A stretch of 64,000 bases of DNA from Gemmatimonadota bacterium. Lineage in GTDB: Bacteria > Gemmatimonadota > Gemmatimonadetes > Gemmatimonadales > GWC2-71-9. Positions within the stretch are counted from its first letter, which is position 1, and every line of letters begins with the position of its first letter. The DNA is taken from assembly GCA_003222055.1 (NCBI GenBank), contig QHUT01000068.1, positions 25,853 through 89,852 on the forward strand, read 5' to 3'. The notes under the pieces were generated by a model. It did no database searches. It was given only the letters and a program-made list of their open reading frames with translations, and was not told the DNA's origin. Position numbers and translations under genes: made by a program. Positions 8,770-17,602 of the stretch are shown one piece after another.

Positions 8770-9575
8770 CCCGGACGGTCGATTGGCTGCGGCGCTACGG
8801 CGCCTTGCTGCGGGCCGCGTGGCTGCAGGACCTGCAGTACCGCGCGTCCATCGTGCTGTGGCTGCTCTGGGGCGTGACCGAGCCGGCCGTGGCGCTCGGC
8901 ATCTGGTGGGCGATCGCGGCGGACGGCCCGGTGCAGGGGTATGCGCGCGCCGACTTCGCGCGCTACTTCTTCGCCCTGATGCTCGTGAACCAGCTCACCA
9001 TCGCGTGGGACTCGTGGTACCTGGACTCCTGGATCCGCGAAGGTGAGCTGAACTTCCGGCTGGCGCGACCGATTCACCCCGCGCACGAGGCGGTGGCGGA
9101 AAACCTCGCCTACAAGGCGCGTACGGCCGGCATGATTCTCGTGGTGTGGCTCATCGTCGCGGCGGCCTGGCCCGCGGTGCGGCTGCCGTTCGGGGCCGGC
9201 CGGTGGGCGCTCACCGCGGCGGCCGTGCTGCTCGCCGCGGCGCTGCGGTTCTTCATCAGCTTCGCCACGGGGCTGCTGGCGTTCTGGACCACGCGCGCCA
9301 CTGCCATCATGGAGCTGCACGCCGGGATCTCGCTGTTCCTCTCCGGACGGCTCGCGCCGCTCGCCCTGCTCCCCCCCGCCGTCGCGCGCGTGGCGGGGTT
9401 TCTCTGGTTCCCCTACATGCTGGCGTTCCCCGTGGACCTGCTCACGGGTGCGGTGCACGGCGCGGCGCTGCTGCAGGGATTCGTCGGGCAGGTCGTGTGG
9501 CTCGCGGTATGGGTGGGTGCGTATCGGCTGGCCTGGACACGTGGGTTGCGGCGCTATGGCGCGGTAGGGGGGTGA
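8766..9575 (+). CDS. ABC-2 family transporter permease
   Basis: ATGA overlap with the ATPase stop. It is a multi-TM protein opening with a LQYRASIVLWLLW-type N-terminus. Confidence 0.8.
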   Translation: MTRTVDWLRRYGALLRAAWLQDLQYRASIVLWLLWGVTEPAVALGIWWAIAADGPVQGYARADFARYFFALMLVNQLTIAWDSWYLDSWIREGELNFRLARPIHPAHEAVAENLAYKARTAGMILVVWLIVAAAWPAVRLPFGAGRWALTAAAVLLAAALRFFISFATGLLAFWTTRATAIMELHAGISLFLSGRLAPLALLPPAVARVAGFLWFPYMLAFPVDLLTGAVHGAALLQGFVGQVVWLAVWVGAYRLAWTRGLRRYGAVGG

Positions 9576-9580
9576 CAAGT

Positions 9581-9693
9581 GCGGAATGCGGAATGCGGAT
9601 TGCGGAATTGCAGTGGGAGGTCGAGCGAGGAGGCAAGCCTGGAGGCACGACCTTGGCCATGACATTCCGCATTCCGCAATCCGCAATCCGGAT
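9581..9693. repeat. Imperfect inverted repeat built from tandem heptamers (GCGGAAT/GCGGATT versus ATTCCGC/AATCCGC)
   Basis: The left arm 9581-9609 has four heptamers and the right arm 9664-9693 has four complementary heptamers. The 54-nt centre carries GGAGG (9641-9645) and the ATG at 9659. Confidence 0.85.
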
Positions 9694-10462
9694 TCTGGTC
9701 GCCCTCTGGCGCCTCAACGTCGCCGAAGAGCTCCAGTACCGCGCCAACTTCGTGGCGAGTCTGCTCGGCACGACCTTCTGGATCGGCACGGCGCTGCTCA
9801 CGCTGGCGGTGTTCTTCCGGCACACCACGCGCCTGGGAGACTGGGACTACTGGGAGGTCGTCGTACTGCTGGGCGTGTTCAACACGCTCACCGGCGTGAT
9901 CGAAGCCGTGCTGCGCCCGGGCATCGGTCGGCTCGCGGGAGAGGTGAAAAGCGGCGGTCTCGACCTCGTGCTCGCCAAGCCGGTGGACGCGCAGGGGTTC
10001 GTCTCGTTCCGCCGCCTCGACGTGTGGCGACTCACCGACGTGGTGCTCGGGCTTACGCTGGCGGGGTACGCCCTGCACCGCCTGGGTCGCGTGCCGTCGG
10101 TGGTCCAACTTGCGGCGTTCGGCTTGGCTCTTGCGGCTGCCGTAGTGGTCGTGTACGCGCTGTGGGTGGCGCTGATGAGTCTGGCGTTTTGGTTCGTGTC
10201 GGTCGAGAACCTCTCGGTGCTGTTCGACGCGGTGTACGAGGGCGCCCGCTATCCGGTGTCGGCCTATCCCGGCGCGCTGCGATTCGTCTTCGTGTACCTG
10301 ATTCCGATCGCCTGGACCACGACGATTCCGGCGTCGGCACTCACGGGCAGACTCGAGCCCGGGTTCGCGCTCGTCGCGGCCGCCGTGGCGGGCGTCGCGT
10401 TCGCGCTCACCCGGCTGCTGTGGCGCACCGCGCTCAAGCGGTACTCGGGCGCCAGCGGCTGA
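9659..10462 (+). CDS. ABC-2 family transporter permease (second subunit)
   Basis: The N-terminus LNVAEELQYRANFVASLLG parallels the first permease, and the protein has multiple TM helices. The start is at ATG 9659 inside the heptamer inverted repeat. Confidence 0.75.
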   Translation: MTFRIPQSAIRILVALWRLNVAEELQYRANFVASLLGTTFWIGTALLTLAVFFRHTTRLGDWDYWEVVVLLGVFNTLTGVIEAVLRPGIGRLAGEVKSGGLDLVLAKPVDAQGFVSFRRLDVWRLTDVVLGLTLAGYALHRLGRVPSVVQLAAFGLALAAAVVVVYALWVALMSLAFWFVSVENLSVLFDAVYEGARYPVSAYPGALRFVFVYLIPIAWTTTIPASALTGRLEPGFALVAAAVAGVAFALTRLLWRTALKRYSGASG

Positions 10463-10473
10463 CGGGCGGCGCG

Positions 10474-11277
10474 TCAGCTCATGGCCGCGAGCGCCGCTCC
10501 ACCGTCCCGCCAGCGCTCGCCGGGGTCCGGCGCCAGACAGCGCCGCTCCAACTCCGCCAGCCACTGGGGCACCGAGCGGACCTCCTCGAGCGGCTCCGAT
10601 TCGGGGGCCGGGGGGCGCCCCGTCAGCATCTCGTGCACGAGCACGCCGACGGCGAACATGTCGTCGGCCGGGGCGGCCGCCGCCGCGCCGTTCTTGCTCC
10701 CGGGGGCCCGCCGCTCCGGCGCGACGTACGTCGCGGCGCACAGCGCGCCCGCGACCACGCCGGGCGTGCCGCGCGGCAGAGAGCGCTCCACCGCCCCTAC
10801 GATTCCCGTGTCGGCCACCAGCGTGTGGCCCTCCGTGAGCAAAACGTTTTCGGGCTTCAGGTCGCCGTGGGCGATGTGCGCGGCGTGCGCGTGGGCCAGC
10901 GCAGTGAGAATGTCGCGCAGGATCTCGACCGCCCGTCGCAGCGGCAGCTCGCCGTTGCGCGCCAACCAGGCGCGCAGCGTGGTGCCCTCCACGAACGCGC
11001 GCGAGTGATACACGAACGCGCCGGCGCGGCCGGATCCGCGGGGCGGCACGAGAGGCGGAGTGCTCAGGCGATCGGCCAGCATCAGCAGCTCGCGCTCGAG
11101 CAGCGCCGTGTCCAGCGCGAGCGACAGCTCTCCGGGTAGCACCTTCACGAGCAGCGCGGGTCCGCTCCCCGCCTGGAGCGCGACGAACATGCGGCAGGCC
11201 CCCACGGGACGCACCTCGCGCTCGACCCGATAGATCGGGCCCAGCGCGTCCTGCAGCGCGGTGCGCAAATCAGCCAC
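10474..11277 (-). CDS. Ser/Thr protein kinase catalytic domain only (atypical)
   Basis: It has HGDLKPENVLL and YVAPE. DTG replaces DFG and there is no clear GxGxxG loop. There are no sensor or TM segments. Confidence 0.8.
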   Translation of the reverse strand: MADLRTALQDALGPIYRVEREVRPVGACRMFVALQAGSGPALLVKVLPGELSLALDTALLERELLMLADRLSTPPLVPPRGSGRAGAFVYHSRAFVEGTTLRAWLARNGELPLRRAVEILRDILTALAHAHAAHIAHGDLKPENVLLTEGHTLVADTGIVGAVERSLPRGTPGVVAGALCAATYVAPERRAPGSKNGAAAAAPADDMFAVGVLVHEMLTGRPPAPESEPLEEVRSVPQWLAELERRCLAPDPGERWRDGGAALAAMS

Positions 11278-11384
11278 GCCGGGCGGATCCCCCGGCGCGA
11301 GACGTCGGCATGGTGAAGCTCCTGAGCTGGTGCTTCAACATATCCGCGACGGCAGGTCGCGCCAGCAATTGGAGGCCGGTTGGC

Positions 11385-11738
11385 CTACCGGTCCGTCCAC
11401 ACGGCGAGCTCGTTCCCGCACGGATCGCTGAAATGGAACCGGCGGCCGCCCGGGAACGAATACGTCTGGCGCACGATCTTACCGCCGGCCTGCTTGATCT
11501 GCGCTTCGATCGCTTCCAGCTGGCTGGCGTAGATCACCACCAGTGGATTGGCCGGGCGGACCGGGGCGTCCTTCGTGAACCCGCCGCTCAACCGACCATC
11601 CCGGAAGCTCGTGTAGTCCGGTCCGTAATCCTGGAACTCCCAGCCGAAGACCTGCTGATAGAATTGCTTGGTCCGGCCGATATCGCTGGCGCCGAACTCG
11701 ATGTAGTCGACCTGGCGGTCATGGTCGTGCGACGTCAT
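11385..11738 (-). CDS. VOC/glyoxalase family protein
   Basis: 117 aa. IEFGASDIGRTKQFYQQVFGWEF and GGRRFHFSDPCGNELAVW are typical of the family. Confidence 0.85.
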   Translation of the reverse strand: MTSHDHDRQVDYIEFGASDIGRTKQFYQQVFGWEFQDYGPDYTSFRDGRLSGGFTKDAPVRPANPLVVIYASQLEAIEAQIKQAGGKIVRQTYSFPGGRRFHFSDPCGNELAVWTDR

Positions 11739-11838
11739 TCGTCCCCCCCAAGCGTGCCCAGCAGGGCCAGCCCCTGGGCGGCGAACCCCAAGCTACCGCG
11801 CCGAGCGGGGCGAATCCAGGTGAGGGCCAAGCGCCGAA

Positions 11839-12041
11839 TCACACCATCACCGCTCCACCTGCCACATCGAGCACGATGCCGCTGATCCAACCGGCCTCGT
11901 CCGAAGCGAGAAACAGTGCCGCGCGCGCCACATCGTCCGGCGTGCCCAGACGCCTGACCGGATGCAGGTCGACGAGCGCGCGGCCCCGATGCCGCGCGAG
12001 CTGCCGGTGACGAGCGCGACCTTTCCCGCGAGCGCGCTCAC
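11839..12041 (-). pseudogene. Relic of a short-chain dehydrogenase/reductase (N-terminal about 20 aa fused out of frame to C-terminal about 38 aa)
   Basis: From GTG 12041 the frame reads VSALAGKVALVTGSSRGIGAA. A shifted frame ending at 11839 reads RLGTPDDVARAALFLASDEAGWISGIVLDVAGGAVMV. The roughly 190 residues in between are absent. Confidence 0.55.
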
Positions 12042-12529
12042 AAATAGCGGGCGACGGCCATCGCCCCGGCTGCGAGGAGAAGCAGGAGAGCCACCAACCG
12101 CGCCACCCGCTCGACGCGGGTCTGCAGCGTCGCGAGCTGTGCCGCCTGCGCCGCGGTCAGTGCGCCACCCTGGGTGTCCCTCAGGAGGGCGGCGATCTTC
12201 GCGCCGGCCGGTCCGTTCACGACCGCGCCGATCACCACGGCCAGGATCGACGCGATCGCGCCCGTGGCGAGTGCGAGCCCGGGCCGCGACGTCACCCACG
12301 CCCGGTTGAAGCCGGCCGAGAGCCGGCCGTACATGATGAATCCGGGGACGATCGTCAGCAGCATGGCGATGCCGAGCACGGGGCCCGTGCGCTGCATCAG
12401 ACGCGCCATGAAGCGGCCGCCTTCGGGGCCCGCGGCGCGGGCGGTGGGCAAGAGGAACAGTCCTACGAATACGGCCGAGCCGACCCAGAACACTCCCGCG
12501 ACGATGTGCAGCAAGCGCAGCCAGACCAT
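12038..12529 (-). CDS. Integral membrane protein (about 4 TM), divergent from the TetR regulator
   Basis: Hydrophobic helices are present (LHIVAGVFWVGSAVFVGLFLL and others), and the ORF is clean. Confidence 0.7.
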   Translation of the reverse strand: MVWLRLLHIVAGVFWVGSAVFVGLFLLPTARAAGPEGGRFMARLMQRTGPVLGIAMLLTIVPGFIMYGRLSAGFNRAWVTSRPGLALATGAIASILAVVIGAVVNGPAGAKIAALLRDTQGGALTAAQAAQLATLQTRVERVARLVALLLLLAAGAMAVARYL

Positions 12530-12553
12530 GAACCACCTCGGTTGGAGTACATT

Positions 12554-12576
12554 TGACTATACGATGTGTATAGTTA
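12554..12576. promoter_or_regulatory. Candidate TetR operator (ACTATAC-gatgt-GTATAGT)
   Basis: Perfect 7-bp inverted repeat 12556-12562/12568-12574 in the AT-rich divergent intergenic region. Confidence 0.55.
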
Positions 12577-12604
12577 AATTGTTCCTATCACGCCATCCCG
12601 TCGC

Positions 12605-13222
12605 ATGCCACGCCGCAGCTATCACCTGGGCCGCCGCCAGGCGGCGGTCGAACGCACCCAGGCCCGGATCCTCAAGGCCGCGCGCGCGTTGCTCGTCGCG
12701 CGGGGAAACCCCGATTTCAGCATCGAGGCGCTCGCCCGGCGGGCGCGCGTGACACGGGTGACCGTGTACCAGCGCTTCGGCACGCGGTCCAAGCTGCTCG
12801 AGGCGCTGTTCGACGATCTCGCCCGCCAGGGCGGGATGTGGGACCTGGCAGATGCCTTCCGCCAGCCCGATCCGGAGGAGGCGCTCGCGCGATTCGTGAC
12901 GACCTTCGCGCGCTTCTGGACGGCACACCGGCCGATCCACAGGCGGCTGCAGGCGCTGGCGGCGCTCGACACAGGGCTCGACCGCACCTTGCGCGCCCGC
13001 CAAGAGTGGCGGCGCCAGGGGCTGCGGGTGATCGTGCCGCGGCTGGGCCAGCGGTCCGGCGGGGCCGCGGCCGAGGCACAGGACGAGACCATCGACCTGC
13101 TGTTCGCGCTCACCGGCTTCCCGATGTTCGACCTGCTCGCCGGTCCGCAACGCACGCCCGCGGACGTCGCACCGATCGTGCTGCGCGTCGCCCGGGCCGT
13201 CCTGGGTCTCGCCGCGCGCTGA
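12605..13222 (+). CDS. TetR/AcrR family transcriptional regulator
   Basis: The HTH region is FSIEALARRARVTRVTVYQRFGTRSKLLEALF. Confidence 0.9.
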   Translation: MPRRSYHLGRRQAAVERTQARILKAARALLVARGNPDFSIEALARRARVTRVTVYQRFGTRSKLLEALFDDLARQGGMWDLADAFRQPDPEEALARFVTTFARFWTAHRPIHRRLQALAALDTGLDRTLRARQEWRRQGLRVIVPRLGQRSGGAAAEAQDETIDLLFALTGFPMFDLLAGPQRTPADVAPIVLRVARAVLGLAAR

Positions 13223-13292
13223 GCGCAACCGCGGCGCTTGCGGATCGGCCCGTTTGGGGCCACACTAGCGCGCCCTCTTCAGGACTCCCCAG

Positions 13293-14945
13293 TTGCGTTC
13301 CGCCACCCTCCTGTTGCTGCTCGCCCTCGCCGGCGGCTCTCCGGCTCGAGCGCAAGGCCCGCGGGTCGAGATCACCGTGCCGGCGGCGCTCCGGGCCGGT
13401 CCCGTGACCGGCCGCATGTACCTGTTCGTGAGTCGCGGCGACGACGTCGAGCCCCGCCTGCAGGTACGGCACGAGAGCGACTGCACCCCATTCTTCGGCG
13501 TCGACGTGACGGCGCTCGCGGCCGGCACCCCCGGCGTGATCGAGGGCGCCACCCTCGGGTATCCGGTGGCAGGCCTCAAGGAAATCCCCGCGGGCGACTA
13601 CTACGTGCAGGGGCTCCTCAACGTCTACTCCGAGTTTCACCGCGCCGACGGGCACACGGTGTGGCTGCACGACGACCAGTGGGAGGGACAGCAGTTCAAC
13701 AAGTCCCCCGGGAATCTGGTGAGCGAGGTGCGCAAGGTGCACCTCGATCCGGCGCGCCCAGACACGGTGCGGCTCGAGCTCACGCGCGCGTTGCCGCCGA
13801 TCGAGCTACCGCCCGACACCAAGTGGGTGAAGCACATCAAGATCCAGAGCAAGATCCTCACCGCCTGGTGGGGCCGGCCCATTTACCTGGGAGCCACGGT
13901 CCTGCTGCCGCGAGGCTACGAGAGCGACACCGTGCGCCGCTACGCCACGGTGTACGAGCAGGGACACTTCAATCTCCGCCCGCCGTTCGGATTCTCGACC
14001 GACTCGAGCGTCGAAACGGCGGAGCAGAAGGCGGCCCGGCTGGCACGCACGGCGCGGGAGCCGGGCTTCGAGTTCTACCAGGCCTGGAGCTCCGCCGCCT
14101 TCCCACGGCTGATCGCCGTGACGTTCCAGCATCCGACCCCCTACTTCGACGACTCCTACGCCGTCAACTCGGCGAACAACGGGCCGTACGGCGACGCGCT
14201 CCTGCAGGAGCTCATTCCTTACCTCGAGCAACACTTCCGCATGATCCGCGCGCCCTGGGCGCGCGTGCTCACCGGCGGATCCACCGGCGGATGGGAAGCG
14301 CTCGCCCTGCAGGTGTATCATCCGGAGTTCTTCGGGGGGACGTGGGTGCTGTATCCCGACCCGGTCGACTTCAGGAACTACGAGATCCCAGACATCTACA
14401 GCGACACCAACGCTTTCGTCCATCCCGTCGCCGGGTGGATGAGCTACGACGTACCGGCCGAGCAGGAGGTCACTGGGCAGCCACGCATCAGCGTGCGGCA
14501 GGAGAGCCAGTTCGAGGCGGTGCTCGGCAGCCGGGCGCGCTCGGGCGAGCAGTTCGCCATCTGGGAGGCGACGTACGGCCCCGTGGGCCCGGACGGCTAT
14601 CCCGCGGAGCTGTGGGATCTCGGGACGGGCAAGATCGACCATGCGGTGGCCGACTACTTCAAGGCTCACGACTACGACCTACGCGATTACCTGGAGCGAA
14701 ACTGGGCCACGCTCGGTCCCAAGCTCAAGGGCCAGCTCCACGTGTTCGTGGGGGACATGGACACGTTCTACTTGAACCTCGCCGTCTATCGGCTCGAGGA
14801 GTTTCTCAAGCGGGCGCGTCCGGCGGCCGGTGCCGAAGTCGCGTACGGGCGCCCCCTGAAGCCGCACGGCTGGCAGCCGTGGTCCAACGCGGAGCTGATG
14901 CGCATCATGGCTCGCTACATCGAGCGTCACCGGCCGCGGCACTGA
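13293..14945 (+). CDS. Secreted alpha/beta hydrolase (putative esterase family)
   Basis: It has a signal peptide (MRSATLLLLLALAGGSPARAQ) and the nucleophile-elbow-like motif LTGGSTGGWEAL. Confidence 0.75.
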   Translation: MRSATLLLLLALAGGSPARAQGPRVEITVPAALRAGPVTGRMYLFVSRGDDVEPRLQVRHESDCTPFFGVDVTALAAGTPGVIEGATLGYPVAGLKEIPAGDYYVQGLLNVYSEFHRADGHTVWLHDDQWEGQQFNKSPGNLVSEVRKVHLDPARPDTVRLELTRALPPIELPPDTKWVKHIKIQSKILTAWWGRPIYLGATVLLPRGYESDTVRRYATVYEQGHFNLRPPFGFSTDSSVETAEQKAARLARTAREPGFEFYQAWSSAAFPRLIAVTFQHPTPYFDDSYAVNSANNGPYGDALLQELIPYLEQHFRMIRAPWARVLTGGSTGGWEALALQVYHPEFFGGTWVLYPDPVDFRNYEIPDIYSDTNAFVHPVAGWMSYDVPAEQEVTGQPRISVRQESQFEAVLGSRARSGEQFAIWEATYGPVGPDGYPAELWDLGTGKIDHAVADYFKAHDYDLRDYLERNWATLGPKLKGQLHVFVGDMDTFYLNLAVYRLEEFLKRARPAAGAEVAYGRPLKPHGWQPWSNAELMRIMARYIERHRPRH

Positions 14946-14957
14946 GCCCTCGACCCC

Positions 14958-16649
14958 ATGGATCCCCGTTGCCGCTTGCTCTTCGCGCTGTTCGCGCCCG
15001 TGGCCGCCGCGGCCCAGGCCGAGCTGCCCCGCAGCCACCGGCCTGCGCCCACGGTCCCGGCGATCACGCCCGGCGACTTGATGAACCGGCTGTACATCCT
15101 GGCCGACGATTCGATGCAGGGGCGCGAGGCGGGGACGCCCGGCAACGTGAAAGGCACCGACTACATCGCGGCCGAGATCAAGCGGTCGGGCCTGGTGCCG
15201 GCGGGAGACGACGGCACGTACTTCCAGACGATCCCGCTCAAGACGCGCACCTTCGACACGACGTCGACGTTCACGGTCGCGGGAGCTCCCTTGACCGCGT
15301 TCAAGGACTATGTCCCACTCGGGCCCCGGCCGCTCGAGAGCCCGTCGCTCGCAATCGTGTTCGGCGGCGAGGTCGGTGACTCGGCCACCCGGATCGCGCC
15401 CGAGCAGGCGAGCGGCAAGTTGGTCGTGTTGCGGATGCGCGCAGGGGCCGTGGGACTGCGGGCCCTGCGGTCCTTGCCGACCGTGCCGGGCGCGGCGGGG
15501 GTCGCGCTCGTCGCGCTCGACAGTCTCCCCCCGCAGGTCCTCGCCTTCCTGCGGCGGCCGCGCACGGTGCTCGACGACAACCCGGCCGGCCCGGCGGCAC
15601 AACCGCCCGCCTTCCTGGTCTCCGGCGCCACCGCGGCGCAGATGTTCACCACGCCGTTGGAGCAGCTCGCTCCCGGCGTGGCCGGCACGAGCGCGGCCGT
15701 CGCCGTGCGGTTCGACATCGTGCCGGTCCCGGACCCCGCGCGCAACGTGATCGGCATCGTGCCCGGCAGCGATCCGAAACTCAAGGGCGAGTACGTCGCC
15801 ATCGGGGCACACAACGATCACATCGGCTTCGGCCGCAGCGCCGTGGACCACGACTCGATTCGCATCTGGAATCACGTGGTCCGCCCGGAAGGCGCCGACG
15901 ACGCCGGCAAGCAGGCCACCCCCGAGGAGCAGGCGCGCGTCGATTCACTGCTCGCCCGGTTCCGGTCGGGGCATCCGGCGCGGAGCCGCGTCGACTCGAT
16001 CGCCAACGGCGCCGACGACGACGGCTCCGGCTCCGTCGCCGCGCTCGAGATCGCCGAGCGGATTGCCTCCCTCAAGCGCAAACCGAAGCGGTCGATCCTG
16101 TTCGTGTGGCACACCGGCGAAGAGAAGGGGCTGCTGGGCTCGCGCTACTTCACGGATCACCCGACCGTGCCGCGCGACTCGATCGTGGCGCAGCTGAACA
16201 TGGACATGGTCGGCCGGGGCGCGGCCAGCGACGAGACGGGGCGCACCAAGGACGGAGCGCCGCTGCACGGCGGTCCACGCTACCTGCAGCTCGTAGGCTC
16301 GCGCCGCCTCTCGACCGAGCTGGGGGATCTGGTGGAGCGGGTCAACGCGGCGCACCGCCACGGCCTGGTGTTCGACTACTCGATCGATGCGGACGGGCAT
16401 CCGGCGAACATCTACTGTCGCTCGGACCACTACGAGTACGCCCGCTACGGTATCCCCATCACGTTCTTTACCACCGGCCTGCACTCCGACTACCACCAGG
16501 TGACCGACGAGCCTGAATACATCGACTACGAGCACATGGCGCGGGTCGCCGATTTGGTCGCAGACATCGCGGTACGCGTTGCCGACCTGGACCACCGCGT
16601 GGCGGTGGATCACCCGAAGCCCGATCCCAACACACCCTGCCGGCAGTAG
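14958..16649 (+). CDS. M28 family metallopeptidase with PA domain
   Basis: Motifs present are GAHNDHIGF, ADDDGSGSVAALEIAE, WHTGEEKGLLGSRYF and NMDMVGR. Confidence 0.9.
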   Translation: MDPRCRLLFALFAPVAAAAQAELPRSHRPAPTVPAITPGDLMNRLYILADDSMQGREAGTPGNVKGTDYIAAEIKRSGLVPAGDDGTYFQTIPLKTRTFDTTSTFTVAGAPLTAFKDYVPLGPRPLESPSLAIVFGGEVGDSATRIAPEQASGKLVVLRMRAGAVGLRALRSLPTVPGAAGVALVALDSLPPQVLAFLRRPRTVLDDNPAGPAAQPPAFLVSGATAAQMFTTPLEQLAPGVAGTSAAVAVRFDIVPVPDPARNVIGIVPGSDPKLKGEYVAIGAHNDHIGFGRSAVDHDSIRIWNHVVRPEGADDAGKQATPEEQARVDSLLARFRSGHPARSRVDSIANGADDDGSGSVAALEIAERIASLKRKPKRSILFVWHTGEEKGLLGSRYFTDHPTVPRDSIVAQLNMDMVGRGAASDETGRTKDGAPLHGGPRYLQLVGSRRLSTELGDLVERVNAAHRHGLVFDYSIDADGHPANIYCRSDHYEYARYGIPITFFTTGLHSDYHQVTDEPEYIDYEHMARVADLVADIAVRVADLDHRVAVDHPKPDPNTPCRQ

Positions 16650-16735
16650 CGGCGGGCCCTGGGCCGTCGACTGAGGCGTCTGAGCAGCATGTACCTGTGC
16701 AAATGCTGCGTGGTCGCAACGTCTCGGCGTGGCAT

Positions 16736-16749
16736 TGTGATCTATCACA
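16736..16749. promoter_or_regulatory. Palindromic site TGTGAT-ct-ATCACA upstream of the next gene
   Basis: 6-bp arms in a locally lower-GC intergenic stretch. The spacing does not match the classic CRP site. Confidence 0.3.
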
Positions 16750-16764
16750 CTGGCCGACAATACG

Positions 16765-17601
16765 TTGCGCACGTCGTCCAAATGTGCGCGGGACTTGCAG
16801 CGGCACCGCCACGCATCCATGAAACGCAACCGGAGCGATTGGCTCTGTGTGGCGCGAGCCTGTTGGCGGGCTCCAGCGCCGGTGTGCGCCGCGGTGACGG
16901 CCTCGCTTCAGCTCGCGCGGGCGGCCTTCCCCCGCCGCGTGCTGCGGCAGCGTTGGATCCGGTACCAGATCGACCTCGCCGACACGCCCCCCGCGCCTCC
17001 CCACGTGCGCCTGACGCTCGTGACCGACCCGATCATCGGTGCGCTGCGCCAACGCCCCGATCGGGCGGAAACGAGTTTCAAGTCGGGCCTGCGGTTCTGG
17101 GACGAGGGGCTGCGGCGCGCATACATCTGGCTCGGCCCGGACGGGCCGCTCTGCATCCAGTGGCTCATCCTACCGCAGGACAATCGTCAACTGCGGCGCT
17201 TGAATGGGTCGGCGGGAATGTATCCGCGGCTGCCGCGGGGCACAGGGCAGGTCGAGAACCTGTTCGCCTTTTCGGCAGCGCGCCTTTCCAGTGTCACCAC
17301 CGACTTCGAGCACGCGCTCTACGGCGAGGCGCGGCGGGCCGGGTTGCAGATGCTCGTCATGCATACCCACGAGAGCGACCGGGCGGCGCGTGCCTGGGCG
17401 GAGGCGGCGGGCTGGCGGCCCTACGGGACGATCACCCGGTATCAGCTGGGCTGGCCACCCCTGCTCGCGCGGAGCGTGTACGTGCACCGCGACGACACAC
17501 CCCGGCACGCCCAAGCGGCCGGGCCGGCCGAGGAGCTCGCCCGGATGCGACTGTCGCGGAATTGGAGCGAAGGCACTCCCAGCACCGCCGCCGGGAGCTA
17601 G
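16765..17601 (+). CDS. Hypothetical protein, possibly GNAT-like
   Basis: The ORF is clean. An alternative start MKRNRSD lies at 16819. The function call is weak. Confidence 0.45.
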   Translation: MRTSSKCARDLQRHRHASMKRNRSDWLCVARACWRAPAPVCAAVTASLQLARAAFPRRVLRQRWIRYQIDLADTPPAPPHVRLTLVTDPIIGALRQRPDRAETSFKSGLRFWDEGLRRAYIWLGPDGPLCIQWLILPQDNRQLRRLNGSAGMYPRLPRGTGQVENLFAFSAARLSSVTTDFEHALYGEARRAGLQMLVMHTHESDRAARAWAEAAGWRPYGTITRYQLGWPPLLARSVYVHRDDTPRHAQAAGPAEELARMRLSRNWSEGTPSTAAGS

Positions 17602-17602
17602 C

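Noticed and set aside
9581-9693. A possible CRISPR array or tandem-repeat locus.
   Set aside because: It has only 7-nt units in two short opposed blocks. There are no spacers of uniform length, no repeats of 24 nt or more, and no cas genes in the window. It is better described as an inverted repeat.
10474-11277. The Ser/Thr kinase as a pseudokinase or part of a signalling system with the neighbouring ABC transporter.
   Set aside because: The HGDLKPEN and APE motifs are intact. Only the Gly loop and DFG (DTG here) deviate. The kinase is convergent with the transporter, not co-oriented, so there is no operon evidence.
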